Shown here: positions 9,863-21,600 of the stretch, piece by piece | Position numbering within the stretch: the first letter of the stretch is position 1 | Layout of the letters: each line of letters starts with the position of its first letter | From: Trypanosoma brucei | Taxonomy: Eukaryota | Assembly (NCBI GenBank): GCA_000002445.1 | Contig: CM000208.1 | Location: 2,912,001-2,976,000 of the forward strand | DNA length: 64,000 bases | Reading direction: 5' to 3' | Translations under genes and position numbers: made by a program | Notes under the pieces: model-generated | What the model saw: the letters and a program-made list of their open reading frames with translations, nothing else | The model's database searches: none | Told to the model about the DNA's origin: nothing

Positions 9863-12574
9863 TTAGATGTCCTCCTTAACAGTGCAGTCCAGTGATAGAT
9901 GCGGTAAACCGCAAACAGAACATTCGGGTGCCATTTGCAAACCATTTTCACAGTTAGGACACAGCAGCACGTCGGTGGGAAGATTATCGCTCCCGCAAGA
10001 GGCACAAACCCACGGAAGGAAGCGCGCCCTGCACTCATACTGACTTCGCGCCCGCGCTTCCCTACACGAAATGCAGTGGTCCGACCAACTATAATTCCAC
10101 TGCCCACAAACGTGCGTCCCCGTCACAGCAGTGGCGGGAGTTGTTTCGCGAAGGCATCTCCATACATACACGTCAGCTGCCGCAACATCCTCCCGTGGCG
10201 CGCGGCACGACGTGCACTGAAAACCAATCTGTGCAGGTTTCTGCCCACAGTGACTGCAGCAAAACGGTCTGAGTTCATCGTAACAAAGGCGTGTGTGGCA
10301 AACGTTGCAGCACTCCTCCGAGAGCATGCTTTCACGCGTGTACCCCACACCACACCTGTGGCAATGGCGAGGGAGAAATGGGGAGCAAAGTACATTACAA
10401 TCTCGGGGATGAACATTGCCACAACGCTCACACACAATCAAACGTAGTTTTGAGTTGTGCAGCGGAACCTCAATCGCTTTTTGGCATGTTGACACGATGC
10501 TGCAGCATGCACAAGTGTAAGCGCCGCGGTGCAACAGAGAGCAACTCTCGCAACTCGTCCGACAGGGATGGTTCCGCCCGCCACACCCGCACACCCACGG
10601 CTGCAACGGGGTCACAATGCAGCCCACCTTTCGTTTTCCGGGGCAATGCTGGCATTTCGACCAAGCCGAATGATTAAACTCACCACAAGCATCACAGTGC
10701 CAAAGCAAAGAACTCTTTGCCTCGTTGGCTGCATAGCAAGTGGGGCAGCACAGTGCTTGCTTACTGTATAAGCAACCACAGGAGGGGCATTCCCTCGTCG
10801 CTTGCTTCTCGCGATCTATTTCCCCACACTTGCCACATTCACCTGTGGGAGGTAATATCTCTCCGCAGCCCTCACAAACTCCGACATCCATCAACTCCGC
10901 CTCTCGCATCCTCGGGTGTGGTGAACCGCAGTTGCAAACCGTCTCAACGACCCTGCCGCTGTGCCGGGCGCCACAAACCCCACAAGTCCACGAAATATTC
11001 CCTTGTCGAAGGCAGGTTAAGCACCTCTGTGCGCAAGAGGGGAGTTGCGTACCACAACCGCAACGCCACCAAAACTGAGACCTTTCCATCACTTTGAAAT
11101 CTTCGAGTAGGCGCCGAACCATCGGATTATCACCCAGTCGTATCCCACTCAAACACCTCGAAGGAAAGTAGTCAGCCTGGAGGTTAGCAGTTATGTTCTG
11201 CACAATGGAACAACCAAGTTCACCGTGGGCCTTCCATATCTCGCTCATGATGGGAATAAGGCTGTCTATAACCCACAGAAAGTTGATACTTGGGTGCTCC
11301 TTCAGAAATCGATAGAATTCAGATACAGCAGTGGCCGTTTCCTTGAGGGAACGAACCCCAACAACGCTGACCAAAAGACGAACAACTTGAGAAAAGGCAG
11401 ACTTGTCCACGATAACCGGGTGTCCCAGGGAAGCACACACGTGATACGCTTCAACCACCCTTATGTACACCATGGATTGAGGCTTCAGTGTTATGGCGCC
11501 CTTGAAAAAGATAACCCAAACCGACTGCAAATTGGATTGGCAACTTCCGTAAAGACGAACCGCGAGAGTTGTTACCGCAACTATTTTACGCCAGATTCTG
11601 GCGTCATCACCACCGTCGTCGGCCTCCCCTGTCGCCCCTGCATCCACTAAGCTCCCAACGCAGCGAAGAAGGTACGACAGTGGAAGTTTGGTCTCAAGGG
11701 CTGGAATTTTTGCAAGAAGCTCATCGTGCAGAGACATTAGAGCCTCCCCCCGCCACTGTCGCATGTAAATCCGGCTCAGCTTGTTCAGTATAGGCGTCCA
11801 ACGAACTGACAAGTAGTCAAATGAGTCACCTATTTTACCAATGATGCAGCGAAGGATGGCGTCCATTTCATCGAAATGGTGAGATGTAAAGAAGTTGTCG
11901 CTCGACAACAATCCCTCTACACATGCACAAAACAACCCCTTGCTTATTCCTTCATCACTGCTACATCTTTCCAACTCACGACGAACAACACATTCAAGCA
12001 GAGTCGGGATTGCAGGCACTGACAGCAGCAACTGAACTATGTGGAGTGGAACAGGGCCACGAAACTCCTCTAACTCGGACGAGATTGTCGCGAACTGCTT
12101 TCCGCCATCGTCATTAGTTGAGGCCCATGCGGCATTCAGGAACGAAACCACCAGCTGAATACACCTTGTGTCACGATGTGGGCGAACAGCCGGGCACGAT
12201 GCGCCAAAACACCGTAATGTAAGTTGTGCATATCGACAGCCAGCAACAGATGTACCACCAAAAAGGTTTGCCTCATGTGCTGTCATAAAGGCGCCATCAG
12301 TTTTCAACGCCAATAGCAACAATGGAAGGCGCACATCGTCCGGAGAATGCGGTGCGCCTCCCGCCCACAGAGCAATCGCAGTAAAAGGATAAAAGCTATG
12401 CGACAGGCCCGTGATGCACACACCGCCATTTGCAAAATAATCACTTATGCCTCCCGAAATTTCTCGCTCAAACACCAGACGTTCCTCCATTTGAAACACT
12501 GACGATGACGGAAGGGTAAGTGCTTCTCTCGGTCGGCGCATCACTCTTTTTACTACAGGGCGCCATCTTCTCAT
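9863..12574 (-). CDS. Large protein with a helical N-terminal domain followed by an array of at least 10 RanBP2-type (ZnF_RBZ) or C2C2 zinc-finger modules
   Basis: Repeated W-x-C-x2-C-x3-N-x6-C-x2-C modules, for example WHCDACGEFNHSAWSKCQHC, WVCGCGGRNHPCRTSCESC, WRCGCGTQLPSCAQRCLTC and WVCASCGSDNLPTDVLLCPNC. Many further C-x2-C...C-x2-C units follow. 903-aa ORF. The start could be the internal Met at residue 29. Confidence 0.75.
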   Translation of the reverse strand: MRRWRPVVKRVMRRPREALTLPSSSVFQMEERLVFEREISGGISDYFANGGVCITGLSHSFYPFTAIALWAGGAPHSPDDVRLPLLLLALKTDGAFMTAHEANLFGGTSVAGCRYAQLTLRCFGASCPAVRPHRDTRCIQLVVSFLNAAWASTNDDGGKQFATISSELEEFRGPVPLHIVQLLLSVPAIPTLLECVVRRELERCSSDEGISKGLFCACVEGLLSSDNFFTSHHFDEMDAILRCIIGKIGDSFDYLSVRWTPILNKLSRIYMRQWRGEALMSLHDELLAKIPALETKLPLSYLLRCVGSLVDAGATGEADDGGDDARIWRKIVAVTTLAVRLYGSCQSNLQSVWVIFFKGAITLKPQSMVYIRVVEAYHVCASLGHPVIVDKSAFSQVVRLLVSVVGVRSLKETATAVSEFYRFLKEHPSINFLWVIDSLIPIMSEIWKAHGELGCSIVQNITANLQADYFPSRCLSGIRLGDNPMVRRLLEDFKVMERSQFWWRCGCGTQLPSCAQRCLTCLRQGNISWTCGVCGARHSGRVVETVCNCGSPHPRMREAELMDVGVCEGCGEILPPTGECGKCGEIDREKQATRECPSCGCLYSKQALCCPTCYAANEAKSSLLWHCDACGEFNHSAWSKCQHCPGKRKVGCIVTPLQPWVCGCGGRNHPCRTSCESCSLLHRGAYTCACCSIVSTCQKAIEVPLHNSKLRLIVCERCGNVHPRDCNVLCSPFLPRHCHRCGVGYTRESMLSEECCNVCHTRLCYDELRPFCCSHCGQKPAQIGFQCTSCRAPREDVAAADVYVWRCLRETTPATAVTGTHVCGQWNYSWSDHCISCREARARSQYECRARFLPWVCASCGSDNLPTDVLLCPNCENGLQMAPECSVCGLPHLSLDCTVKEDI

Positions 12575-12880
12575 TTAGCACCTTGAATAGTAGGAAGGGG
12601 GTTTACAGAGTGAAATGTGCCTGCATAACAACTGTAGGGTGTACAAATCGTCACAAAACCAAAACCAAAAACACTCAACAAATGGCATAGCGGAGCACTC
12701 GTGTTGTTCACTTGTATTATTACCTTCATTTTACCGCAAAAAAAAAACTGCAGCATACAGAGCCGCCACCAGGGAAAAAAATAGTTGTACTGACAAGAAT
12801 ACTGGGTGTAAGCAACGAACAACAGCTTCCACCGAGAGGTATGCAACAGAGTGGAAATAATAAGGCGCACAATTGAATAA

Positions 12881-13678
12881 TTATTTTTCACTACTCTGTT
12901 GGAAAAACTTTTTACTCACTTCGACCAACGAAGCCGCCCCTTCCACACTGCCAGTCGCAGTGTAATCCGTGGAGAGCACTTTCGAAATATAAGGATCTAA
13001 GGTGCTGCAACTTCTTTCTTCATCATATCCTCTTACGCGCACCCGCTCGAGGGTACCGGAGTCAATCGCCTCTAGCAACGCATGAAGGGACGGGAAGGCG
13101 CTCTTAATGATGGAGGCACGGTGTTCGGAAACCGTAGCAATTTCAGAAAGCATGTCAAGGTACAATGTGTCGAAATCCGTAGGGTCGCACTTACGCCGTC
13201 CATCCATGCGGACCAGATTCTGGCCGACTTTTGGGTCCTTAGTAGCTTTCATACCGTGGGCCACGACGATTTCGTCAGAACGCTCAACAGATGATGCGAA
13301 GTCGATTCCAACCAAAACATCCAGCAAGTGGGGGTCGGTGCATAACTGCGCCACACCCGTCCAGAAGGGGGGACACCTCGGCCCTGTTGGGTAGCCAATA
13401 ACAACAATGTATATGGGACAAGCGGTTGCACGATGTGCCGCCTTCAAATAGTCATGCGCACAATCACTTCGGAAGAGCAACTGCAAGTCACTGCACGTAA
13501 TAAGAAGGAGTAACAGATAGGGGTTTCCATCTCTTTCCACAACCACCGTGTTTGGTACAGCGTTATGCCTTTTGTTGACAACAAGAGAAGTGACACCGCC
13601 CTGGCCCGAAGCTACAATGCGTGAAACCGCCTCGAAAAGATCATCACACGTGCTATCAACAGTTAGCGCCACGCGCAT
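12881..13678 (-). CDS. Hypothetical protein (265 aa)
   Basis: Uninterrupted minus-strand ORF in polycistron orientation. No family recognised with confidence. Confidence 0.5.
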   Translation of the reverse strand: MRVALTVDSTCDDLFEAVSRIVASGQGGVTSLVVNKRHNAVPNTVVVERDGNPYLLLLLITCSDLQLLFRSDCAHDYLKAAHRATACPIYIVVIGYPTGPRCPPFWTGVAQLCTDPHLLDVLVGIDFASSVERSDEIVVAHGMKATKDPKVGQNLVRMDGRRKCDPTDFDTLYLDMLSEIATVSEHRASIIKSAFPSLHALLEAIDSGTLERVRVRGYDEERSCSTLDPYISKVLSTDYTATGSVEGAASLVEVSKKFFQQSSEK

Positions 13679-15334
13679 CTAGTTTCTGCACCTCCTCCCC
13701 TATGTCCTCACCTCTTCCTTTCCCTAAACCGTCGGGGGCGATAGAAACAAGCACTTCAAGGCGAGTTAGGAGTTACAAAGCCAGTGGTGCAGTTAAATGT
13801 TGTTGCAGAACCTCGAGGACAAACAGCCAGAAGAAGTTACATAAACAGTTCATCACGCACCACTAACATACCACCCGATACCACTCGTTCGTTCCAGTAA
13901 GTAGTAATGACAACAATATAAAAAAGGGGGTATGCAAATAAGAGAAAGACATTGGTAACAAAACGCGTGCAGCTACGAAAACAAGTATAGGTATGTTGAA
14001 AATAAGAAAGTGGAAAATATACGGGGCCACGTGGTCACCACTAACCACCCGCCGAGTTTACACATGTCCGCCGTTCGAAAGAACTAAAACAACATGGCAG
14101 CGAGGGCACGCACCAACGTGGAAGACCTCCTCCACGAAAAGCCGCTCACTTCTAAACCATACATATTTGCCACCTCCCGATACACCTCACGCACAACAGA
14201 ATTTTCACAACAACAAAAACGCACACACCAGTTTAAGGGAGGAAGGAAGAAAGGGGGTGGATCGCAAACTGCAGAGACCAGTGACCGACAGCAGTGTTTG
14301 GACACCATTTAAGCATCTCCAGTGCCATGAATTGTGCACAAATCCCTTGGTGTCGAACAATCCATCAGAAAAGGAACACCCTGAAGGTGCTGGAGCGTCT
14401 CGCAGTTCACGTATATGTGCTTACGTGCGTCATGAAGGTCGCTCAGCTCCTGATGTAAATATACATACCGCACAATAAAACAGAACAAGAATATCCACAC
14501 CACAAAAACATCACTAGGGGGTGTAACACAATATGTAAAAAAGGCAACGTATAACGTTGAGGCACTCTCGCATCATCCCCACAATAGCCACCCACCAAAA
14601 TCCCTGATTTCATCGCAAATATCGACTTTGGCTTTGCGCCGAAGGGGGCAACACACAACTGAGAGACCGAACGTACACGAAAGACCGGTGAGAACGAAGA
14701 ATTATAAGTGGTAAGAAAAATGAAAAAATGAAGGAAGACGGAGGGAGTCGAGACGAGGCGAGGTGAGGTGGAGATAAAAATCATTTGTTGCTGTGCCGGA
14801 GGAATCCCCTTTCCCCCGAAACGGTCTGACGCCACTGAATCCCTTACTTCGGGTACAACATTTAGATCCTTTTGGCGTCAAATAGAACAAAACACCTGGT
14901 ATGCAACGTAGAGCTTCCAAATAAAACTAACGAGATAAGCGTACTCTTCTCCATGTTACCTATGCACGCATTTCCCCATCTACAATTCCTCCCGCAGCGT
15001 GCTATGCCAGGAAACACGGCACCCAAACAAAACACGGACGACAGCAGCGAATAATGATGAAATACTCATAATATACTTCTTTGCGTGGAAAAAAAAAAAC
15101 ACGCTTCCCCAAGTTCCCAGAAGACCATCTCTGTTCGTTCACGAAATCCAACCACCTGGCTGTTATTGTTGCCGCCCCTTGCCAATTTATTTTTTTTCTT
15201 CTCTTGTATCCCCTCCAAATTCCCCCTTCCTATCATGTGGTACACCTGCTTGCTTTTTATCGTACCAAAGACCTCACATACGCAAACACATAAACCCACT
15301 CCCACAAATTTGAGCTTATATTTCAGTCACACGA

Positions 15335-15847
15335 TCAAATGTTGTTGGTATCGGAAAGCATTTGCAGCGCTTGCTTCACGTTAGCTTCCGTCAATCCAGT
15401 TGTCGCATTCGTGACGATGGCGTGCCGCGCGAAGAAGTTGCGATCAGGGGCGCTGAGTGGTAAGTTAATATCGTCCAGAGCAACGAAGTTGACAATATTG
15501 TACTTTCTTTTGTTAGAATCAATCCACGACAGTATTTCCACAGACCTTGGTTTATCCGGAAGCGTCGGGGTGCAGTCGATGAAAACTGGCATGCCAAACT
15601 GGGTGAGCTGACGGGCCACTTCTTTCCGCCCAAAATCTGTTGTGCGCCACGAGCTGCTCAACACAATTTGCGCTCCCGACCCGTTTATTATATCAGCGAG
15701 GAACTTCATCTGCCTTGGGGCAAACAGCGGCCCCCCAAAGGGTGACACAACGCCATCACAGTCAAGGAACACAATTTTAAGGGGTGCGTTGTTGAAGGGC
15801 ACAGCGTTTGTGGCCGTGTTTCCGGATTTTGCTTTTGTTGCTTTCAT
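15335..15847 (-). CDS. Small HAD-superfamily-like hydrolase or phosphatase domain protein (171 aa after start trimming)
   Basis: HAD motif I-like IVFLDCDGVVSPFGG near the N-terminus. The 252-aa six-frame ORF was trimmed to the Met of MKATKAKSG (ATG revcomp at 15845-15847). The upstream extension translates a T-rich tract. Confidence 0.5.
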   Translation of the reverse strand: MKATKAKSGNTATNAVPFNNAPLKIVFLDCDGVVSPFGGPLFAPRQMKFLADIINGSGAQIVLSSSWRTTDFGRKEVARQLTQFGMPVFIDCTPTLPDKPRSVEILSWIDSNKRKYNIVNFVALDDINLPLSAPDRNFFARHAIVTNATTGLTEANVKQALQMLSDTNNI

Positions 15848-16650
15848 GTCGCGGTTTACACTATTTAAAAAAAAATAATAAATAATAAATAAATGACAGA
15901 AGCGCTGGAGAAGATCAAACCAACGGAGATGTGTGAAGGAGGAAGGCGGAAGGTGTTCCTGGAAAATAATATGGGTGCTAGGAAGGTAAATAACTAAACG
16001 GAAGCAAACACACGAGTAGAAACTACACGAGAGGTTGCTGCGTATGTATATCCCTTTACTTCTGGCGGTCCCTTTTAATGGGAATATCACCAAAGCGGGA
16101 TTTCAACAAAGTGAAAAAAATTAAGGAGGGCAAAAAAAAAAGTTAAAGGTTAAAATAATGGTGACAGAACGGAAAAGGGGTTTAAACGCTAAGAATTGTG
16201 CTATCCTGTTTGCCCTTGTCAGGAAGCAGTCATGTTCTACCTTTCGTGCGCTCCGTTCTCGTTGAACAGTTTCACATATTAAAAAAAAAGTAAAACCAGA
16301 AGCAGAATTTTGAATATAAAAAAACTGATGAAAAGGTACATGGGTGTGTTAGTTTAGGTATATATAAAAGCTTGGGTGGGAGCAGGCGCATCGATGGATG
16401 CAACTGCCTCCCTGTAACAGTGTTACTACGTTAAAATTCCAGTAGGATGCCCCAAAATTCGATGACTGCGGCACTAGGATGGGGTTGAACGTAAAAGTGT
16501 GACTAAGCGATCTGCTACTCAACCGCAGCGACCCGTCCCCCAAACGCCGTAGGCACTCTCGCTCGTTTTACCGTAACCACCGGGTAGCTTTTACCCCAGT
16601 AATGTTTTTCCTTCGCCATTACCCCCTTTATTTAATGCGAATCCACCCTT

Positions 16651-18690
16651 TCACCCTTCGCGTTGTCTTTTACTCCCCAATGTATAAGCACCAATCATCG
16701 ACTCGCTCGCATTACCACCGCACGCGAGCTGATGAACGTGGTTAACCACATCATGGGCAATCTGTTCTGTCAATCGCGAATCTTCCCTGTAGTCAGGGTG
16801 CTTCTTAACAAAGTTCCTCAAGTACTGCGCCGCTGTTGGTATCTCCCCACACGCTCGTTTAGAAATAAAGTTTAAGTAGCCCTCGACCACATCGCTTTGA
16901 ATGTTTTCCTCCTCTAGGTACCGACGAACAAGTGGAATTAGGCCATAGTACTCACCAGGCTTTCCATTGATAACTTCCCCAACAGTGAGCTCACAGTTTT
17001 CGCTGGGATCAGTAGTTACTTTGGATGCGAATATGTCACGCCTCATGATATAATGCTGCTGGCACGGGTTGATGTTGTGCGCACGGCCCATATTTTCATC
17101 AACAATGCTTAATTTTGTGTAAAAAACGGCACCAAACCTCATAATGGCACGCGTAAGTAACACAACGAAAACAGAGTATGCTGCGTTTTCAAATGGTGTT
17201 GGCATCACGTCCATTACACGAAACTCCACACGCCACCCAAGCGTGCTGTCAAGCACGGGAAGTTTCAAACGAACAGTTTGCCAATTTGTGCTTTGAATAT
17301 TTTCAAAGTGGTCCACGTGTGTGTGGTCGTCTATGTCTATCATCTGGTCGTAGATGACAAGAGGGTCTCGAATGAAGAGATGCGCAATATGTGTGGCCAA
17401 ACGGGAGTCCACACCTTCCCTAGTGAGTAAATTGTAATAAGAGTCGTTTATCCTGAGCACCTCGTCGTTGAACTCCTCCAGGTTTGGCGTCAATGAACTG
17501 ACAAATACAGAAATTGAGTCATAACGCGACTTGATAATGTGCGGCACCTCCTCATACTTGCGGTCATCAACGGAGGCGGTGATCGTCAACCAGCGAACGT
17601 CCGACTCGCAGAGAATGCCCTTTTGAAACGGGGTTGCTGAGCTTAAGGCAAGAAATAAAGGGCATAATATCCCCAGTTGGTCGTATATATGACGCGCCTG
17701 CGCTTCATTAGGAAGCTGCATGGTAAGCTGAAGGCAGTTGCAGCCCATCCCAAAGGCCATACAATCCATGTAAATGCAAGGGTGGTTTACAGATGGAACG
17801 GGACAGGGGCAAGCCTGGTACCGCTGCTTCACTCGCTCCGCCTGAAGGTTTTGAAAGTATTGAGCATAGTAGTAGTGCGTAACAGGCGTGTAAAGATGTG
17901 TCATATTCGTTACTGCTTCATTTTCTAGAGGAACGCGTTTCGGAGTGATGGTATCACATGAAAATTTCTTTCCCTTCGAACTAGTCTTCTCACCCGAAAA
18001 CGTACAAACAATTTCAACGTTACGGGGATGTAGATCAATATTTACACGCGGGTCTACCGTCCTCTCCATGGTGTACCTGTCAATAAACATCGGTACCTGA
18101 ATGCAAACCTTTCGTCCACGGCGTAGACGAATATTGTTCGTGAGAGCCTTGAAACGAGGATGAGAATCATTGATACACGCATCCGGTACGAAAAGAGACT
18201 GGGAGCACGGTGATTCGGTTTCCGTTGACGTGGTGAAACCACCAACACCCATCAATGGAAACGTGACCAACGTAACAGCGAATGTGTTGTCACCAGCGGC
18301 AGCGTCCAACATGTGGTAACGCCGCCGCATGTTTACTTCCACAGAACACAATGAATCCACATTCGACGAGTATGGCTTGCCGGGGAGGCTCTCGACCATA
18401 AAACTCCCATATTCTGGGCGCCATTCTGCAGTACTCTCGCCGCTGCTTTGACTAAGGCGTTTGATAACGTCCGCAGCGTTAAGCGATAGTTTGACTTTGC
18501 GGCTCTCAAGGCGCACGAGCTGGTGTTCAATTTCGTCTCCCCATAGAAACGGGAAATCAGGTAGCTCCTTCTGTTTGTTGTACACCCACAGAAACTGTTG
18601 AATGCCATGTGCTGACACGTACTCTTTGGCACGATTGTTTTCCTCTGTACCCCACTGCAGAGGCTGGCCGCCAGTGGTTAGAAGACCCAT
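16651..18690 (-). CDS. GSH1: Gamma-glutamylcysteine synthetase (glutamate-cysteine ligase catalytic subunit)
   Basis: 679-aa ORF with a eukaryotic GCL catalytic-subunit signature throughout (N-terminal MGLLTxG...PLxWG..E). The length matches the reported T. brucei enzyme. Confidence 0.93.
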   Translation of the reverse strand: MGLLTTGGQPLQWGTEENNRAKEYVSAHGIQQFLWVYNKQKELPDFPFLWGDEIEHQLVRLESRKVKLSLNAADVIKRLSQSSGESTAEWRPEYGSFMVESLPGKPYSSNVDSLCSVEVNMRRRYHMLDAAAGDNTFAVTLVTFPLMGVGGFTTSTETESPCSQSLFVPDACINDSHPRFKALTNNIRLRRGRKVCIQVPMFIDRYTMERTVDPRVNIDLHPRNVEIVCTFSGEKTSSKGKKFSCDTITPKRVPLENEAVTNMTHLYTPVTHYYYAQYFQNLQAERVKQRYQACPCPVPSVNHPCIYMDCMAFGMGCNCLQLTMQLPNEAQARHIYDQLGILCPLFLALSSATPFQKGILCESDVRWLTITASVDDRKYEEVPHIIKSRYDSISVFVSSLTPNLEEFNDEVLRINDSYYNLLTREGVDSRLATHIAHLFIRDPLVIYDQMIDIDDHTHVDHFENIQSTNWQTVRLKLPVLDSTLGWRVEFRVMDVMPTPFENAAYSVFVVLLTRAIMRFGAVFYTKLSIVDENMGRAHNINPCQQHYIMRRDIFASKVTTDPSENCELTVGEVINGKPGEYYGLIPLVRRYLEEENIQSDVVEGYLNFISKRACGEIPTAAQYLRNFVKKHPDYREDSRLTEQIAHDVVNHVHQLACGGNASESMIGAYTLGSKRQREG

Positions 18691-18923
18691 CCCTTAATCC
18701 TGCCTTCCACTATTACTAAACACGGATTCACTCCAGGATTCCCTAATGTTGAAACGGCACAAGAAGGCATCAGAATGAAGTATGTATGATGAAAAGAAAT
18801 GCAAATTTTCGCCTCCAGCAACAAGGAATAAACTCCCCAAGTGTAAAAAAGAAAAGGAGAGTACGAAAAAAAAACATGAAAAAATACATCGAAAGAAGAG
18901 TACATTGCCAACTCAACCGAGTC

Positions 18924-20669
18924 TCAGTCTACGATGATGCCGATAAGCTGATCATAAGCTGCTTTCACTAACTTGAACTTTTCCTCAGCTTCCTTCTGCT
19001 CTTGGGCAGAGGCACTGCACCATTTGTCCGGATGCCACTTCATTGCCAGGGCACGATAACTTTTTCTAACCTTCTCTGCTCCAGCCCCATCAGGTAGGGC
19101 AAGTCGGGAATACAACTGCGCCAATGATGTGGGTGCAACAGGCTTTGTCCACTTTCTTTCTTCCTCCTTCTTTTCTCCCTGTCTCTCCCGCTGGTCCGAA
19201 GTCTTCTTTCGCCCCTTGAGTCGTCGCCACATATCAACGGCCGCCGGCAGGCGTTCCTCCCGCATGGACCTCTCCACGCTATGCATCGCATCCGTCCATC
19301 GGGAAAGTTTCTCCTCACAAAGAGCCTTCAACAGTAAGAGCTCAGCACGATCTCTCACGCCTTCAACGTTTCTTAGCGCGACGTCAAGATCATCTACACA
19401 TTCATAAAGGCAGCCAGAATGATAAAGTGCCTGTGCTCGCTGCGACAAAACCGCAGCACGAAGGCGGTCACCAATGAACGGACGCTGAAGAGCCTTCGTA
19501 CACAACTCAACAAGTTGCGGCCAATTTTTCGCCGCAGAAGTCTTCTCCAACTCACGACATAAGTCGATGCATTGCTGTATACGGCTGTTTACCTGCCGGA
19601 ACCGGGCCGCGCAGTCTGCTGAGGCACTCACGCGCGAAAGAGAAAGAATTGCCACTAACTCGCTTTCGTTGCTGCATTCAAGAAATCGCAACTGCACGTT
19701 CCAGTACATGAGTTCCGGAAAGTTAGGGTAGCGTCGAAGGCATTCCTCAGCATGCAGCAAAGCAGCTCGGCTCCCCAATTCGACGGCCACAAGTTGTACC
19801 TTTAAGGCCTCAAAGGGTGCACATGGTGCCCGCTTCAGTAGTTCGTTCAACTGTTTAAGTGCCGTCGCGTGCTCGTTTCTGTCAAAAAGGGCAGTAGAGT
19901 TTTCATATAAAGTGATATTCGCCAACTCTTCTTCAAAACCGTGCCCACACGTTTTGCTGTACGTGTCAATGAGCCCCCTGGCCTCCGAGCACTTTCCGCA
20001 ACAAATGTGTATGCGCACTGCACGCCTGGCACCCAAAACGTATTGATTATTCATCTCGCAGGAACGTATGGCGTCCCGGAGGCTACAACGATAGCTGCCG
20101 CAGCAAAGATAGCACATTGCCCTGTTGCTTACCATGGCAGCGTTCAACACGGTTGGCAGACAGGAATCTATCACCGCCGAAAAGTTTCTGGCAGCTTCGC
20201 TGTAATCACCCACTTTGTATAGCTCGGCCGCCTTTTGACACAGACTTAGTTGTTTGTCATCAAGTGATGCTGAATACATAGAGGAGTCGAGAGTGTAGAG
20301 GTCATGTTTGGCCCCGGAGTGGCAGCAATCGTTACTACCAGCCCCATCTCCTCCATCACTAAAAGTAGGGCCTGGTAGGGCCGCCGAAGGCCCCGCGATG
20401 GCCGACGTTATCTCCTCCAACTGCTGAGTCAATTTCAGGAATTCTTCGTCGCTGAACTGAGTCAGTTTGTTCCCAGGTGCATATTCCCCTTTGGGCTCAG
20501 GGGGTTTCTGCCTTTGGAGTGATACCCTTGCTTGCTTTTGCTCACGCCACTCCTGCACTGCCGCATTCCAGTCGTTGTATATTGAGGCATCAATAAACTG
20601 GTGGATCCGTTCATCACACGCAAGCAGAACCTTCGCTGGAAACGTACGGTATTTCGCATCTTCCATCAA
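18924..20669 (-). CDS. TPR-repeat protein with a C-terminal DnaJ (J) domain
   Basis: The C-terminus has a J-domain with the HPD motif (YRALAMKWHPDK). The body has TPR-like helical repeats. 581 aa. Confidence 0.8.
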   Translation of the reverse strand: MMEDAKYRTFPAKVLLACDERIHQFIDASIYNDWNAAVQEWREQKQARVSLQRQKPPEPKGEYAPGNKLTQFSDEEFLKLTQQLEEITSAIAGPSAALPGPTFSDGGDGAGSNDCCHSGAKHDLYTLDSSMYSASLDDKQLSLCQKAAELYKVGDYSEAARNFSAVIDSCLPTVLNAAMVSNRAMCYLCCGSYRCSLRDAIRSCEMNNQYVLGARRAVRIHICCGKCSEARGLIDTYSKTCGHGFEEELANITLYENSTALFDRNEHATALKQLNELLKRAPCAPFEALKVQLVAVELGSRAALLHAEECLRRYPNFPELMYWNVQLRFLECSNESELVAILSLSRVSASADCAARFRQVNSRIQQCIDLCRELEKTSAAKNWPQLVELCTKALQRPFIGDRLRAAVLSQRAQALYHSGCLYECVDDLDVALRNVEGVRDRAELLLLKALCEEKLSRWTDAMHSVERSMREERLPAAVDMWRRLKGRKKTSDQRERQGEKKEEERKWTKPVAPTSLAQLYSRLALPDGAGAEKVRKSYRALAMKWHPDKWCSASAQEQKEAEEKFKLVKAAYDQLIGIIVD

Positions 20670-21600
20670 ACACCCTACTGCCAGTCACGCTAGAAAATGT
20701 AACGAAAACGTAGTGCCAGGGAAAAGCAGAGAGGCGAGAATGAAAGAAACACAAACCTTGGTGAAGGGCCTTCGCGACCTCATTTTTCAAAAGAAGGGAG
20801 GGTCACGGCGAAATATCCACTATGGGGAAAGCTAACTGCCCACGAGTGAAAGTACAAAGGTGCGTCCAACGCTGGATAAAGAGACCGAATGTAAGCAAAC
20901 ATTCTTTATTGCAACGGGGCTTTTCAGGATGGATACCGTATTTGTGTATTTGCACATATGTATATGCGCCTGATCACATGTACTGAAGGATATTTATAGC
21001 TCACAATGGCGGCGAACACACATCTGTCCACAGTTCAATGGAGGGGTAGGAATAACCACTGCATTAGGTGCCCTCCCCTATGGTTTTGAACTGGTCGGTC
21101 TTTGAAAAAGTTCGTGACTACGTTATCTCCGCATTAGTCGGGGTTGAAGCCGAGTCGCTACTGCTCGCCTCGCGTCTCGCCTTTGAGATCGACGGCTGCC
21201 CAACAGTGGAACGAACCGTTGTCAAACACAACAAAATAAATCACTCGTGACATTAGTGACGGTGCGAAGATTGCTATTGCAATGCGCCTCTCCCATGACT
21301 GTCCACATTTCCTCCTCTGCCTAACTAGCTTTGTTGGACGCCACAGAAATCAAGTATGGAAAGTACAGAGTTACCGCCGGCCACTGGTGCACCGCATGGA
21401 TGGCACAGCAACGTGAAGAGTATTGCAACAATAGCGAGTCGTATCAACATTTGACAGGAAAAGGTATTCTAACGCTCCCCACAGGCGCGGACAAGTACAC
21501 ACACAGAGAGAGATAAAAGCAAAAAAGAAAGTTAGGGGACCGGGAAGGAAAAAAAGGAGTAAAGAACCAGGTCACTCCTGAATATGTACATGGTAGAGAT

